DNA of 64,000 bases from an uncultured Nitrospiraceae bacterium. GTDB lineage: Bacteria > Nitrospirota > Thermodesulfovibrionia > Thermodesulfovibrionales > Dissulfurispiraceae. Made by a program: the position numbers and the translations under genes. This document shows positions 1-10,992 of this stretch, in pieces (positions within the stretch are counted from its first letter, which is position 1; each line of letters starts with the position of its first letter). The notes beneath the pieces were generated by a model. The model was not told where the DNA came from, ran no database searches, and saw only the letters and a program-made list of their open reading frames with translations. The DNA is taken from the NCBI GenBank assembly GCA_963727805.1, contig CAVSHF010000003.1:448001-512000 (forward strand), written 5' to 3'.

Positions 1-1
1 C

Positions 2-2992
2 CTGTCCGAGAGCATTCCAAAAAATCGTTTGCGGAATATCGTTGCTATGACATTCTCGAACAATGCGGCAAAGGAGATGCGGGAGCGCATTCTCCTATGG
101 CTGAAACTGCTTGCCTTGGGCGATGAAAAGACGCTTATGCAGATATCTAGCCTAGTTTCACTATCGAAGGAGGCTCTGCAAAATAAGGCAAGTCGCGTGC
201 TTGAGGAGATTCTCGAACAATATGCCGACTTCCAGGTCAGGACAATCGATAGTTTCATGACGACGATATTCAAAGCGTCCGCCGTGGATTTCGGATATAA
301 TCCCGAGTTCGATATTCTGATGGACAACGCTGCAACAACTGAATATGCTTTTCATCGTTTTTTGCGGTGGGTTGCGCAAGAGTCTGATGACGCCGGATTG
401 ATAGAAACGATGGTTAGCCGCATCATGGGACAAAAACGCAGTGATGCTGCTTATCTCTGGGATCCATCTGAAAATCTTCTGGATGAAATCAAACAGCTTT
501 CTCGGACTATTGCAGCGCGCGGAAAGCGGCTCGTTTCCCACGATGCTGCCGACAGTCTCAGGGAGTATGAGTTAAATATAAAGAAGTGTGTTGAGGTGAT
601 CGATGCTGCAGTGCGGGTCTCCGGCCTCGAAGTCAGCCGTTCCTCGGCATACGCTAGATCTGACATGCCAGCTTTGGTGCGCGAAGGGAGGTTTTCCGAC
701 CTTGTCGGCAAGAAGCTCGCACTATTGCCAGTGAACAAGCCAAAACGAAAAGAGCCCGGCTTTGCCGAAGCTTATGAAGAGATCCACGGTGTGTGGAAGA
801 CGCTGCAGGAAAACGTGCATCGCTATACTGTATTGGTTGCTATATCTTTTTATCGTCCATATGTCTCGGTTTTCAAGGCATTCGAGCAGACGATCGAGGA
901 TGTCAAGCGCAAGCAGAGCGTAATTTTCATCGAGGACATTAACCGCTGTCTTGCAACGTATCTCGACCAATACATTGTTCCGGATATTTATTTCAGGCTA
1001 GGTGAGACTATCAATCACTTTTTCCTCGATGAATTCCAGGACACGTCGCCGATCCAATGGAAGAACCTGTATCCTCTGCTCGAGAATGCGCTTGCGGAGA
1101 GAGGGAGCGTATTTGTAGTCGGCGATACTAAGCAGGCAATCTACGGCTTCCGGGATGCGGACTATCGAATCATGAAGAATGCGGAGGATGAAAATCCTTT
1201 CCCTTCCGCCGCACACAACGTCCGCGAGCTCGAGATGAATTATCGGAGCTGTCCCGAAATTCTCGCCTTCAACGATCGCATATTCAAGCAGGATCTTGCC
1301 CGGAATGAGGATTTGGGCAGTGTAGCGGAGGAGAGCGGTCTGACGAAGTATATACAGCATCCGAATCCCGAATGCGGGATGCCAGGCCATGTGGAACTGC
1401 ATTGTGTCGATATGACCGATGACGGGCATGCTGAGAAGGAAAAGCTGTGTGAGATTATCAAGTCGCTCGAGATGCGGCGGTATCGATATAGCGATATCGC
1501 AATACTGACTCATCGCAACGAAGACGCTGTGCGCATAACCGCCTGGCTTAATGAGCAGCAAATACCTTTCATATCGTTCAGTAGCCTCGATATCCGTCGG
1601 CGAAAGTTGACGGGCGAGATCGTGGCGCTGCTCCGATTCTTGGAATCTCCGACCGACAACCTTCCTTTTGCGGCCTTTCTGCTCGGAGATATCTTTTCAA
1701 GGACGCTTGCGGGCATTTCCAAATCCGACCAGCCAGATTTTCATGCCTTCCTCTTTGAATGCAGACAAAGCGGGCATCTCTATAAGGCATTTCAGGAGCG
1801 CTTTGGCGATCTGTGGGAGCATTATTTCTCGAGGCTTTTCCGCTCATCCGGATATTTCCCGCTGTATGACCTTGTGACACAGGTGTTTCATGTTTTCAGG
1901 CTTTTCGAGATATTTGCCGAAGAAGAGGCCACGCTGATCAAGCTTCTCGAAATAGTGAAAGATTTTGAAGGGCAGGGCTTCAACAGCCTCGGAGACTTTC
2001 TGCGTTTCGCCGAAAGCGAAGATGCATCTGCGGCTGAATGGCACATGAATGTCCCGACCACGCAGGATGCGGTAAAGGTGATGACAATTCATAAAGCCAA
2101 GGGGCTCGGTTTCCCGGTGGCTATCATGATGCTTTTTGAGCACCGTCCACAGGGATTAGGCTATATTGTGAAGGAGGATAAAGAGACTTTTTCACTCTTG
2201 AAGATCACGAAAGATATGGCACAGCTTGACGAAGGGCTGAATGAGCTCTATCAGGCTGCAACCCAGAAAGAGCTTATCAACAGCTTGAACAGCCTGTATG
2301 TCGGATTTACCAGGCCAGAGGAAGAGCTTTATGTGATCGGCGTGACGCGCAAGAGGGAGCAGCTGGCTTATCCTCTGTCTCTTCTGCCATTCACCACATA
2401 TCTCCACTGCAAAGCTCCTGAGCGGCCCGCACCGGACAAGCCGCAAGTCCGGAATTATGTCCAGCTCATGCATCGTCATGCTGAGATTGTATTTCCTTCT
2501 CCAGCTGAAAGGGTGCTGAATCTCAGTGAGAAGCGGCGCGGTGATGTGATTCACTCCATTCTTGCCGGCATACGCCATTTGGACGGGGAGCTGGAGACTA
2601 CTCTGGAACATGCCATTAAACAGGCTGCAGAAAGGTTTGTTTCTTTGAAGTCGGAAGACTTTCTGCTTGATGATGTTTGCAATACGCTCGCGATATTTCT
2701 GCGACATCGGGCGATTGCACCATACTTTCAGCAGCAGCCGGGCAGGACGGCTTGGAACGAGCAGGAGCTTGTCGATGAAGGAGGCCGTCTTTTTCGCGTC
2801 GACCGCCTGGTGGTGGATCCGGAAGAGATTACGGTTATCGATTACAAGACCGGTAGCGAAGAGAGTGCCGAAGAGCGACATCTTCCGCAGATGCGTAACT
2901 ACCTGCGCATTGTGCACGGACTTTATCCCGGTCGTCTGGTGTCCGGCATCGTCGCATATGTCGACCTCCTGAAAGTGAGGAGGACTTCATGA
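2..2992 (+). CDS. addA: AddA/UvrD-like ATP-dependent helicase-nuclease, 5'-truncated by the window edge
   Basis: Frame is open from base 2. Motifs: TFSNNAAKEM, TIDSF, LDEFQDT, VGDTKQAIYGFR, NYRS, MTIHKAKGLGF, LYVGFTR, and C-terminal nuclease DRLV...IDYKTG. Walker A lies upstream of the window. Confidence 0.9.
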   Translation: MSESIPKNRLRNIVAMTFSNNAAKEMRERILLWLKLLALGDEKTLMQISSLVSLSKEALQNKASRVLEEILEQYADFQVRTIDSFMTTIFKASAVDFGYNPEFDILMDNAATTEYAFHRFLRWVAQESDDAGLIETMVSRIMGQKRSDAAYLWDPSENLLDEIKQLSRTIAARGKRLVSHDAADSLREYELNIKKCVEVIDAAVRVSGLEVSRSSAYARSDMPALVREGRFSDLVGKKLALLPVNKPKRKEPGFAEAYEEIHGVWKTLQENVHRYTVLVAISFYRPYVSVFKAFEQTIEDVKRKQSVIFIEDINRCLATYLDQYIVPDIYFRLGETINHFFLDEFQDTSPIQWKNLYPLLENALAERGSVFVVGDTKQAIYGFRDADYRIMKNAEDENPFPSAAHNVRELEMNYRSCPEILAFNDRIFKQDLARNEDLGSVAEESGLTKYIQHPNPECGMPGHVELHCVDMTDDGHAEKEKLCEIIKSLEMRRYRYSDIAILTHRNEDAVRITAWLNEQQIPFISFSSLDIRRRKLTGEIVALLRFLESPTDNLPFAAFLLGDIFSRTLAGISKSDQPDFHAFLFECRQSGHLYKAFQERFGDLWEHYFSRLFRSSGYFPLYDLVTQVFHVFRLFEIFAEEEATLIKLLEIVKDFEGQGFNSLGDFLRFAESEDASAAEWHMNVPTTQDAVKVMTIHKAKGLGFPVAIMMLFEHRPQGLGYIVKEDKETFSLLKITKDMAQLDEGLNELYQAATQKELINSLNSLYVGFTRPEEELYVIGVTRKREQLAYPLSLLPFTTYLHCKAPERPAPDKPQVRNYVQLMHRHAEIVFPSPAERVLNLSEKRRGDVIHSILAGIRHLDGELETTLEHAIKQAAERFVSLKSEDFLLDDVCNTLAIFLRHRAIAPYFQQQPGRTAWNEQELVDEGGRLFRVDRLVVDPEEITVIDYKTGSEESAEERHLPQMRNYLRIVHGLYPGRLVSGIVAYVDLLKVRRTS

Positions 2993-5820
2993 AGGCCCGC
3001 CTGCTTTCTCCCCGCGCATCTCTCGTAGATGCGATCTCTGCGGAGCTCGATCACGAAGGAAGAGATTTCTCGATGAACCTCGTCGTCTTTCCTGGCAAAC
3101 GCCCCGCGCATTTTTTACGCAAGACTATTGCTGGTCGCGCAGGCGGCAGTTTTGTGCCGCCTGTCATCCTTTCGATGGACGACTTTATTGATCGAGCCTT
3201 CCTGTCGATCGACGAACGCACAAAGTTAACCCCGCTTGATGCGGTAGCGCTGCTGCACGATATTCACTGCAGCATTGATGAACGAATCGGCGGAGAAGGA
3301 TTTAGGACTCTCGATGCATTTTTCTCGATCGGGCTTAAGCTTTACGGCGATCTTGAAGAATTCCTCATCGAACATATCTCCGTCAGACACCTTCGCGAGT
3401 TGGGTATTACGCCGATAGAGGCTATGCCGAAACCTTCTCTGCAGAGGGTTTCATCGTTCGAGATATTTTACGAGCGTTTTTATCAGAAGATTAATGAGGA
3501 ATGCCTCTCGACCCGCTCTGTCCGCTATCGCACCGTGGCGGAACGGGTCGAAGTTACTAATATTAGAAATTTCAGGAAAATCATATTTGCCGGATTCTTT
3601 GCGCTAACCGCTACAGAAAAAGAGATCTTTAATAAACTTTATAATTTAGAAAACACACTCTTTTTCTTTCAGGATGGCCCGTATATCCGGGGAATGCTTG
3701 AGCAGCTCGGGATCGTTGTTGAAGAGACGAATGTGGATGTCGGTATGCCGACGGTCGTCTTTACTGAAAGTCCGGATACGCACGGCCAGGTCTTCGCTAT
3801 CGCGGACATGATAGCGGCGTTGCGAGATGCAGGCGGGCTCGACGAGAAGAGCACTGTTGTGCTACCTTTGGCAGAGACTCTCTTTCCGCTCCTGCGCCAC
3901 GGGTTGCCCGATTTCGATGACAGGGATTTTAATATCTCGCTCGGCTATCCACTGATCCGCACGCCGCTCTTCGGCTTTCTCCATGCCCTGATGGAACTGA
4001 TAGCGGCTGCTGAAGGGGCGCGAATTTACATACCGGCCTATCTCGCGTTCGTACTCCATCCTTATACAAAAAACATTTACTTCGGTGGCCGAGCCGAGAC
4101 GACCCGCATCATCTTTCATGCAATCGGGGAGTATTATGCCCGTCATACGGCAAAGACCTTCGTTGCGCTTGAAGAAATCGAGTCAGATGGCCGCCTCTTC
4201 AGTCTGATAATGGAGCGCCTGCCGGACGTTGATAATCATATCACGGCAGGCAATATACGGGATCACCTTGCCGGCATTCATCATCAGACGATTCGGCCTT
4301 TTCTCGATCCGGTTAACGTGCGCGATTTCAGCCAAAAGTGCATAGCTCTCCTCACATATATAGCAGAGCAGAGCACGGCGCAGCTGCATCCGCTCTTCTC
4401 GCCTTTTTGTGAGGCATTCATCGAGTCGCTCGACGCTATCGCGCAGTCCCTGCTCGGGACCAGGCGGTTCGAGGAAAGGAGTAATTATTTTACGTTCTTT
4501 AGACGTTATCTGAAAACTCGGTACGCGCCGTTCGAGGGGACACCGTTGCGGGGACTTCAGGTGCTTGGCCTGCTCGAAACTCGTAATATCCGCTTCGATC
4601 GCGTATTTCTTCTGGATGCGAACGAGGATGTCCTGCCGGACACGAAGCGCGAGGATTCGCTCTTGCCGGGCAGAGCGCGAGAACTCCTCGGCCTGCCGAC
4701 CTATCGCGAACGTGACAAGCTTGCCGCATACTATTTCGATGTACTCGTGAAGGGCGCGCAGGAAGTTTCCATTTTCTTTGTCGAAAATAACAGGGAAGAG
4801 AAATCCCGCTTTGTCGAAAAGATCCTGTGGGATCTGCAGCGGCGCGATCGGACGACCAAAAGCAGAGACTATGTCCACTCATTGCAGTATGGCGTTCATC
4901 TTGAAAACCACGTGCCTCAGCCCGTTCCGAAGAATGCTGAGATTGCAGACTTTCTCAGCTCTTTCTCATATAGCGCGACAGCGCTCGATACCTATCTTGC
5001 CTGTCCTCTCAGGTTTTACTACCACTTCGTCCTCAGGGTCGCCGAGCGGTCCGAAGTTGCGGGTAGGATCGAACGAACCGATATCGGCAATCTTGTGCAT
5101 ACTGCACTTGCAGAATATTTTGGAGCGAGGCTAGGACGTCCTCTAACCGAGCACGATCTTAGTCCTAATGAAATGACGGACCGTGTTCGCGGCATTGTTG
5201 AGCATTCATTTGGAGTTGAGCTGTCCGGCAGGGGCTATCTTCTAATGAGGCAGGTGCAAAGGAGGCTCGGTGAGTTTCTAACGCTATACTGCAGGCCGCT
5301 TGTTCATGAAATGCCGGTGGCGATGATTGAAGTCGAAAGAAAAATCAAAGCGCCGTTTCGGGGATTCTTATTGAACGGCAAAATCGATGCGGTGCAGAAG
5401 AGACGCGACCGGACGTTTATCATTGACTACAAGACTTCCGCGAGCCGGAATGCGCTCAGGACTTTATTTAGCCGCCTTGATCCGGAACAGCGCGATACAT
5501 GGTCTGCAATCGGTTCTCTCCAGTTGCCGGTTTATCGCATTCTCTATGCACACGAAAAAAAAACCGGGAGAGCGGGGATCGACGCCCTGTTTTTACTTCT
5601 TGGCATGACGCAAGTCAACGGAGAAATCGAGGTCCCACTTTTCCCGAAAGAAGGCGTAGACTCCGAAATCTTGTCCGCCATGCTCGATGAAGTGATGTTC
5701 CAGCTGCTCTCGGAGATTACTGATCCTTCGATGCCGTTCTATCCGACTGTAGACCGGAAGAAGAACTGCCCGATCTGCGATTATACTTGCATCTGTGGCA
5801 CTCAATGGGTATCTAGATAG
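2989..5820 (+). CDS. addB: AddB-like inactive-helicase/PD-(D/E)XK nuclease with Fe-S cysteines
   Basis: ATGA overlap with addA. Motifs: SYSATALDTYLACP, GKIDAV...IIDYKT, LQLPVY, C-terminal CPICDYTCIC. Confidence 0.85.
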   Translation: MKARLLSPRASLVDAISAELDHEGRDFSMNLVVFPGKRPAHFLRKTIAGRAGGSFVPPVILSMDDFIDRAFLSIDERTKLTPLDAVALLHDIHCSIDERIGGEGFRTLDAFFSIGLKLYGDLEEFLIEHISVRHLRELGITPIEAMPKPSLQRVSSFEIFYERFYQKINEECLSTRSVRYRTVAERVEVTNIRNFRKIIFAGFFALTATEKEIFNKLYNLENTLFFFQDGPYIRGMLEQLGIVVEETNVDVGMPTVVFTESPDTHGQVFAIADMIAALRDAGGLDEKSTVVLPLAETLFPLLRHGLPDFDDRDFNISLGYPLIRTPLFGFLHALMELIAAAEGARIYIPAYLAFVLHPYTKNIYFGGRAETTRIIFHAIGEYYARHTAKTFVALEEIESDGRLFSLIMERLPDVDNHITAGNIRDHLAGIHHQTIRPFLDPVNVRDFSQKCIALLTYIAEQSTAQLHPLFSPFCEAFIESLDAIAQSLLGTRRFEERSNYFTFFRRYLKTRYAPFEGTPLRGLQVLGLLETRNIRFDRVFLLDANEDVLPDTKREDSLLPGRARELLGLPTYRERDKLAAYYFDVLVKGAQEVSIFFVENNREEKSRFVEKILWDLQRRDRTTKSRDYVHSLQYGVHLENHVPQPVPKNAEIADFLSSFSYSATALDTYLACPLRFYYHFVLRVAERSEVAGRIERTDIGNLVHTALAEYFGARLGRPLTEHDLSPNEMTDRVRGIVEHSFGVELSGRGYLLMRQVQRRLGEFLTLYCRPLVHEMPVAMIEVERKIKAPFRGFLLNGKIDAVQKRRDRTFIIDYKTSASRNALRTLFSRLDPEQRDTWSAIGSLQLPVYRILYAHEKKTGRAGIDALFLLLGMTQVNGEIEVPLFPKEGVDSEILSAMLDEVMFQLLSEITDPSMPFYPTVDRKKNCPICDYTCICGTQWVSR

Positions 5821-5900
5821 GCCCTTTACTCCCTTTGCGTTGCCCCTTTGTCATGGTGCGTGTTAAACTCTAACAAGCCGAATGCGGCGTGGAGGTGTCT

Positions 5901-6674
5901 ATGGGAATCCTGCAACCGACGCTGATGACCTTTGTCTTTCTCGTTATTCTGGCAGTTTATGTTCTTTCGAGCGCTATCAAGGTTCTAAAGGAGTATGAGA
6001 GGGGTGTTGTCTTCAGGCTTGGAAGAATCATACCGGTGAAGGGTCCCGGTCTTGTGCTCATATGGCCTATCATCGACAAGCTTGTTAAGGTGAGCTTACG
6101 TACTGTTACTATGGATGTCCCTCCACAGGACATTATCACGAAAGATAATATAACGGTCAAAGTGAACGCTGTTCTTTACTTCCGCCCCGTTGACCCAGTC
6201 AAGGCCATAACGGAGGTCGAAGATTTTTACTATGCTACATCACAGATATCACAGACCTCTTTGAGGAGCATTCTCGGCCGGAGCCAGCTCGATGACTTGC
6301 TTGCCAAAAGGGATGAACTGAGTGCGGAGCTTCAGAAGGTGATCGATGCACAGACCGAGCCGTGGGGTGTAAAGGTATCGGCTGTCGAGGTTAAAAATGT
6401 GGATCTTCCCCAAGAAATGCTGCGGGCCATTGCGCGACAGGCAGAAGCAGAGAGGGAACGGCGAGCAAAGGTAATCCATGCCGAGGGCGAATTCCAAGCA
6501 TCCCAAAAACTTGCTGACGCCGCTAAAATTATCTCATCTGAACCTGCTACTCTTCAACTCAGGTTCCTGCAAACACTTACTGAAATCGCAACCGAAAAGA
6601 ATTCGACGATAATTTTCCCAGTGCCGATCGATTTGATCGCACCTTTTCTTAAGCAGTACGTAAAAGAGAAATAG
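5901..6674 (+). CDS. SPFH/stomatin-like (slipin) membrane protein
   Basis: N-terminal TM helix, [41 protein letters not shown] before ATG 5901. Confidence 0.92.
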   Translation: MGILQPTLMTFVFLVILAVYVLSSAIKVLKEYERGVVFRLGRIIPVKGPGLVLIWPIIDKLVKVSLRTVTMDVPPQDIITKDNITVKVNAVLYFRPVDPVKAITEVEDFYYATSQISQTSLRSILGRSQLDDLLAKRDELSAELQKVIDAQTEPWGVKVSAVEVKNVDLPQEMLRAIARQAEAERERRAKVIHAEGEFQASQKLADAAKIISSEPATLQLRFLQTLTEIATEKNSTIIFPVPIDLIAPFLKQYVKEK

Positions 6675-6707
6675 ATCATAGCGCCGGATGCGAGTGGGGT
6701 AAGTAAC

Positions 6708-7487
6708 ATTACGGAGCAAGAGAAAGCCAGACGGCGGGGATGGCTCAGGCTTTTCTTCCTTTTATTAATCGTGGGCGGATTAACATTCGTCCTCTATCAA
6801 ACGGGGGTGATCTCCTTTTTCCTTAATGAAAAGGAGATGCTCCATTTCATTGATTCTCTTGGACCACTAGGTTTAGTTGGATTCATAGCTCTTCAGGTGC
6901 TACAGGTGGTACTTGCGCCTATTCCCGGAGAGGTTACGGGCCTTATAGGGGGGTATCTGTATGGTCCCGTGATGGGTGTTGTATGGTCGACAATCGGGTT
7001 GACCCTGGGGTCCTATATAGCTTTCGCTCTCGGCAGGATTCTTGGTCGGCCCTTTGTCGAAAAATTCATAGATAAGTCAATTCTGAAAAAGTTCGACTAT
7101 CTTCTCCATCATAAAGGGGCATTTCTCATCTTCCTTCTTTTCCTCATTCCCGGCACGCCCAAGGATTATCTCTGCTATATACTGGGTCTTGGTCATCTAT
7201 CGACGATGGAATTCCTTGTCATCGGCGGCGTCGGGCGGCTTTTCGGCACTATTCTTCTTACGGTGGGGGGAGATTTTATAAGACACCAGCAATACAGGGA
7301 GTTCTCAATCCTTGCGGGTATCACCATTATTGTGATCCTTCTAGCAATGATGTTTAAAGGGAAGCTTGAGAGGTTCTTCAGGATATGGCATATCACTTCT
7401 TATAAGAAGAGAAAGACAAAACCGATCGCAAAGCCGGAGAATCGGCGTTCAAGATCAAAACCTGCGTCATTGCAGGAAAAGAAGTAG
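6708..7487 (+). CDS. TVP38/TMEM64 (DedA/SNARE-associated) membrane protein; start uncertain (ATT 6708 or GTG 6771)
   Basis: LQVVLAPIPGEV, GYLYGP, LFLIPGTPKD. The frame is open and coding-like upstream of 6771. Confidence 0.8.
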   Translation: MTEQEKARRRGWLRLFFLLLIVGGLTFVLYQTGVISFFLNEKEMLHFIDSLGPLGLVGFIALQVLQVVLAPIPGEVTGLIGGYLYGPVMGVVWSTIGLTLGSYIAFALGRILGRPFVEKFIDKSILKKFDYLLHHKGAFLIFLLFLIPGTPKDYLCYILGLGHLSTMEFLVIGGVGRLFGTILLTVGGDFIRHQQYREFSILAGITIIVILLAMMFKGKLERFFRIWHITSYKKRKTKPIAKPENRRSRSKPASLQEKK

Positions 7488-7492
7488 AGGCA

Positions 7493-8473
7493 TTACCACT
7501 TTATCAGGGCCGAGCCCCAGGTAAGTCCCGCACCAAAGGCCTCAAGCAGGATATAGTCCCCTGTCCTTATTCTTCCCATATTTAAGGCCTCAACCATCGC
7601 AATGGGAATGGAAGCGGCAGAAGTGTTCCCATACTTTTCGATATTGATCATGACCTTATCCATGGGCAATCCGAGCCTTTTGGCGGTAGCCTGGATGATC
7701 CGCAGATTCGCCTGGTGGGGAATGAGGAGTGCAAGCTGGGATGCCTTGATATTGTTCTTTTCCAAGGTCTCGAGTGCGATACTTTCAAGTGTCTTGACCG
7801 CCACCTTAAAGGTTTCATTCCCTTTCATATTGATATAGTGGAGCCGCTTGCTGATCGTTTCTTTCGAACAGGGAAGCCTCGATCCTCCGGCTGGCACTGT
7901 GATGTAGTCCCACAGACTGCCGTCCGAATGGATGTGGGTAGACATGATTCCGCTGTCATCCGTTGAGGGTTCAATGATTGCCGCTCCGGCACCGTCCCCA
8001 AAGAGAACGCAGGTCCCTCTGTCCTCCCAATCGGTAAACCGTGAGAGAGTCTCAACACCGACGAGAAGTATTCTTTCCCGTGCTTCTGATTTTATGAAGC
8101 TCTCTGCTATGGAGAGACCGTATATAAAGCCGGAGCACGCAGCAGCGATATCAAATGCAGCGGCATTTATGGCATTGAGGCGATTTTGAAGCAGGCATGC
8201 AGTAGATGGGAAGGGCATATCACCCGAAACAGACGCTACGATGATCATATCAAGGTCTTTCGCCTTAACCCCCGCCTTCTTAAGAGCAATCAGGGAAGCC
8301 TCATAGGCGAGGTCAGACGTAGCCTGGTTTTTCAGCGCAATTCTCCGCTCTCTTATACCCGTCCTCTCGATGATCCATTCGTCGGAGGTATCGACCTTTT
8401 TTTCAAGATCGCGATTAGTGATCGTGTTTTCGGGAACATATGAGCCTATGGAAACAATCTTCGCTTTTGGCAT
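7493..8473 (-). CDS. fabH: 3-oxoacyl-ACP synthase III
   Basis: DTSDEWI, AACSGF, LFGDGAGA, PHQANLRI, YGNTSAASIP, FGAGLTWG. Confidence 0.97.
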   Translation of the reverse strand: MPKAKIVSIGSYVPENTITNRDLEKKVDTSDEWIIERTGIRERRIALKNQATSDLAYEASLIALKKAGVKAKDLDMIIVASVSGDMPFPSTACLLQNRLNAINAAAFDIAAACSGFIYGLSIAESFIKSEARERILLVGVETLSRFTDWEDRGTCVLFGDGAGAAIIEPSTDDSGIMSTHIHSDGSLWDYITVPAGGSRLPCSKETISKRLHYINMKGNETFKVAVKTLESIALETLEKNNIKASQLALLIPHQANLRIIQATAKRLGLPMDKVMINIEKYGNTSAASIPIAMVEALNMGRIRTGDYILLEAFGAGLTWGSALIKW

Positions 8474-8480
8474 ATGCGTT

Positions 8481-9485
8481 TTATCCCTTTTCATGGGAAT
8501 CATTTAATGTCGTTGCGATAGTCTCATGCACGCGCTGTCGAGACATTTCTGCTGCAACCCGTATTGCATGTTTAAGTGCGCGTGCCGAAGAGCGTCCATG
8601 GCTGATAATGCAGGTGCCGTTGATTCCAAGGAGTGGAGCCCCGCCGTATTCGTCATAGTCGGTCCTCTTCTTGAAATTTCTGATAGCGGGCTTGATCATA
8701 AGATAACCGATTTTTCCCGTAGCGACATTGGCGATCTCACGCTTGAGCATTTTCAGAACCGTCTCGGCAAGGCCTTCGCTTGTCTTAAGGACAATGTTCC
8801 CTATGAAGCCATCGCATACAATGACGTTAGCGCGACCTGCAAAAACATCCTTCCCCTCGATATTGCCGATAAAGTTGAGGCCCTTCCTGCCCTTCAAAAG
8901 CTTGAAAGACTCTTTCGTAAGTTCATTGCCTTTCGTATCCTCCTCTCCGATGCTGAGAAGGGCAACCCTGGGAGATGCGTCGTTGAAAATGGCCTTGTAA
9001 TAGGCATTGCCCATGTAAGCGAACTGGAGGAGATTTTCGGGTTTGCAATCTACATTTGCTCCGGCATCAATAAGAACGAAGGAGCCCGTAAGTGAGGGCA
9101 TTATGGCGGCTATCGCCGGCCTGTCGACCCCTGGCACCTTTCCCAGCAGAAAGAGGGCCATCGCCATTGCTACGCCGGAATGTCCAGCGCTCACTGCGGC
9201 ATCGGCCTGTCCATTTTTTACCAGTTCTACAGCCTTGCGGATTGAAGAGTCCTTCTTCTTCCGTAAGACAGTCACCGGTGATTCGTCCATGCCGGCGATT
9301 TCAGAGGCATGAAAAATGGATATCCTGTTGGCGGGATATCGCTTGTCCTTGAGGGCTTCGTTTAATCGATCTCTGTCTCCAACGAGGATTACCTCAACGT
9401 CGTACTCACTTACCGCTTCGATGGCCCCCGCGACAGTCACATCAGGAGCGAAATCCCCTCCCATGGCATCGAGGGCAATCTTCAT
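8481..9485 (-). CDS. plsX: Phosphate acyltransferase PlsX
   Basis: IALDAMGGD, DRPAI, DAGANVD, VCDGFIGN, YGGAPLLG, SHGRS. Canonical rpmF-plsX-fabH order. Confidence 0.97.
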   Translation of the reverse strand: MKIALDAMGGDFAPDVTVAGAIEAVSEYDVEVILVGDRDRLNEALKDKRYPANRISIFHASEIAGMDESPVTVLRKKKDSSIRKAVELVKNGQADAAVSAGHSGVAMAMALFLLGKVPGVDRPAIAAIMPSLTGSFVLIDAGANVDCKPENLLQFAYMGNAYYKAIFNDASPRVALLSIGEEDTKGNELTKESFKLLKGRKGLNFIGNIEGKDVFAGRANVIVCDGFIGNIVLKTSEGLAETVLKMLKREIANVATGKIGYLMIKPAIRNFKKRTDYDEYGGAPLLGINGTCIISHGRSSARALKHAIRVAAEMSRQRVHETIATTLNDSHEKG

Positions 9486-9487
9486 AG

Positions 9488-9670
9488 TTACTTGGAGACT
9501 ACCTCAATAATTGTCTTGCCATTATAGGTACCGCAGCTTAAGCAGGCCTTATGGGGTACTTTCTTTTCCTTGCATTCAGGGCACTCAACCAAAGCGGGCT
9601 GCTGACCCTTCCAGTTCGCCCTCCTTTTGTCTCTTCTCGATCTTGAGTGTCGGTGTGTTGGATTTGCCAT
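9488..9670 (-). CDS. rpmF: 50S ribosomal protein L32
   Basis: MANPTHRHSRSRRDKRRA, CPEC...HKACLSCG; gene context. Confidence 0.95.
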   Translation of the reverse strand: MANPTHRHSRSRRDKRRANWKGQQPALVECPECKEKKVPHKACLSCGTYNGKTIIEVVSK

Positions 9671-9674
9671 TGTG

Positions 9675-10184
9675 TTACTCCTTTTCCTTTTTTAATTTTT
9701 TTAAAACTTCAAAACGGGAATCAATCTCCTTGGTCTTGCAGCCGCAGCCAGACAGATTCAGATCCGTGCCGCATTGGGGGCAGAAGCCCCGGCAATCAGG
9801 AGAGCAGAGAGGTTTCATAGGAAGATTCAGTATAAGTTGTTCCCTTAGGAGGTCATCCATTTCCAGTGTGTCTCCAGTATAGAAGACCGTATCGAGTTCA
9901 TCGCTCTTGAGCTGGTGTTGCTCACCTCTCACGATTTCTGTGGTCGGACGGTAGACGACATTAAACTGGGAAGCGATGCGATCGGTGAAATTCTTCAGAC
10001 AGCGCGAACATTGGAGCTCAACATCGCCGTTCAGTACCCCCTTTGCGATGACTTCAGGTAATACTTTGTCCAATCTCAACACTGCTTTTATAGGCGATAC
10101 TATCTTGACGGCATCCGACTGGATGTCATTATTCAAGTCGAGTTCGAGCCCCTCGTCGGGTATTTCCGTTATGACAATTTTCAT
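9675..10184 (-). CDS. yceD: DUF177/YceD family protein
   Basis: CSRCL and PMKPLCSPDCRGFCPQCG; lies upstream of rpmF. Confidence 0.92.
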   Translation of the reverse strand: MKIVITEIPDEGLELDLNNDIQSDAVKIVSPIKAVLRLDKVLPEVIAKGVLNGDVELQCSRCLKNFTDRIASQFNVVYRPTTEIVRGEQHQLKSDELDTVFYTGDTLEMDDLLREQLILNLPMKPLCSPDCRGFCPQCGTDLNLSGCGCKTKEIDSRFEVLKKLKKEKE

Positions 10185-10207
10185 AAGTGTTTACAATGGG
10201 AGTTATT

Positions 10208-10237
10208 ATTATAATTTCTAAATCAGAGGCTTGTCAA
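10208..10237 (-). promoter_or_regulatory. sigma70 promoter of the yceD-rpmF-plsX-fabH operon
   Basis: Minus strand reads TTGACA-18 nt-TATAAT. Confidence 0.75.
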
Positions 10238-10308
10238 CGCAATCGCATGAAGGTCAAGCGCCGTTTAATGGACAATGAGCAGTTAAGGGGTCTGTGACCC
10301 TTGACTTT

Positions 10309-10338
10309 TTGACAATGTTGGGGGAATTGTGGTATAAA
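10309..10338 (+). promoter_or_regulatory. sigma70 promoter of the pyr operon
   Basis: TTGACA-18 nt-TATAAA with extended -10 TG, just upstream of the PyrR site. Confidence 0.7.
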
Positions 10339-10343
10339 TTATT

Positions 10344-10986
<643 letters not shown>

Positions 10987-10992
10987 GTGAAT

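Noticed and set aside
2989..5820. Cas4-like or defence nuclease interpretation of the PD-(D/E)XK Fe-S protein
   Set aside because: Its size and pairing with a UvrD helicase-nuclease fit AddAB, and no CRISPR repeats or cas genes were seen.
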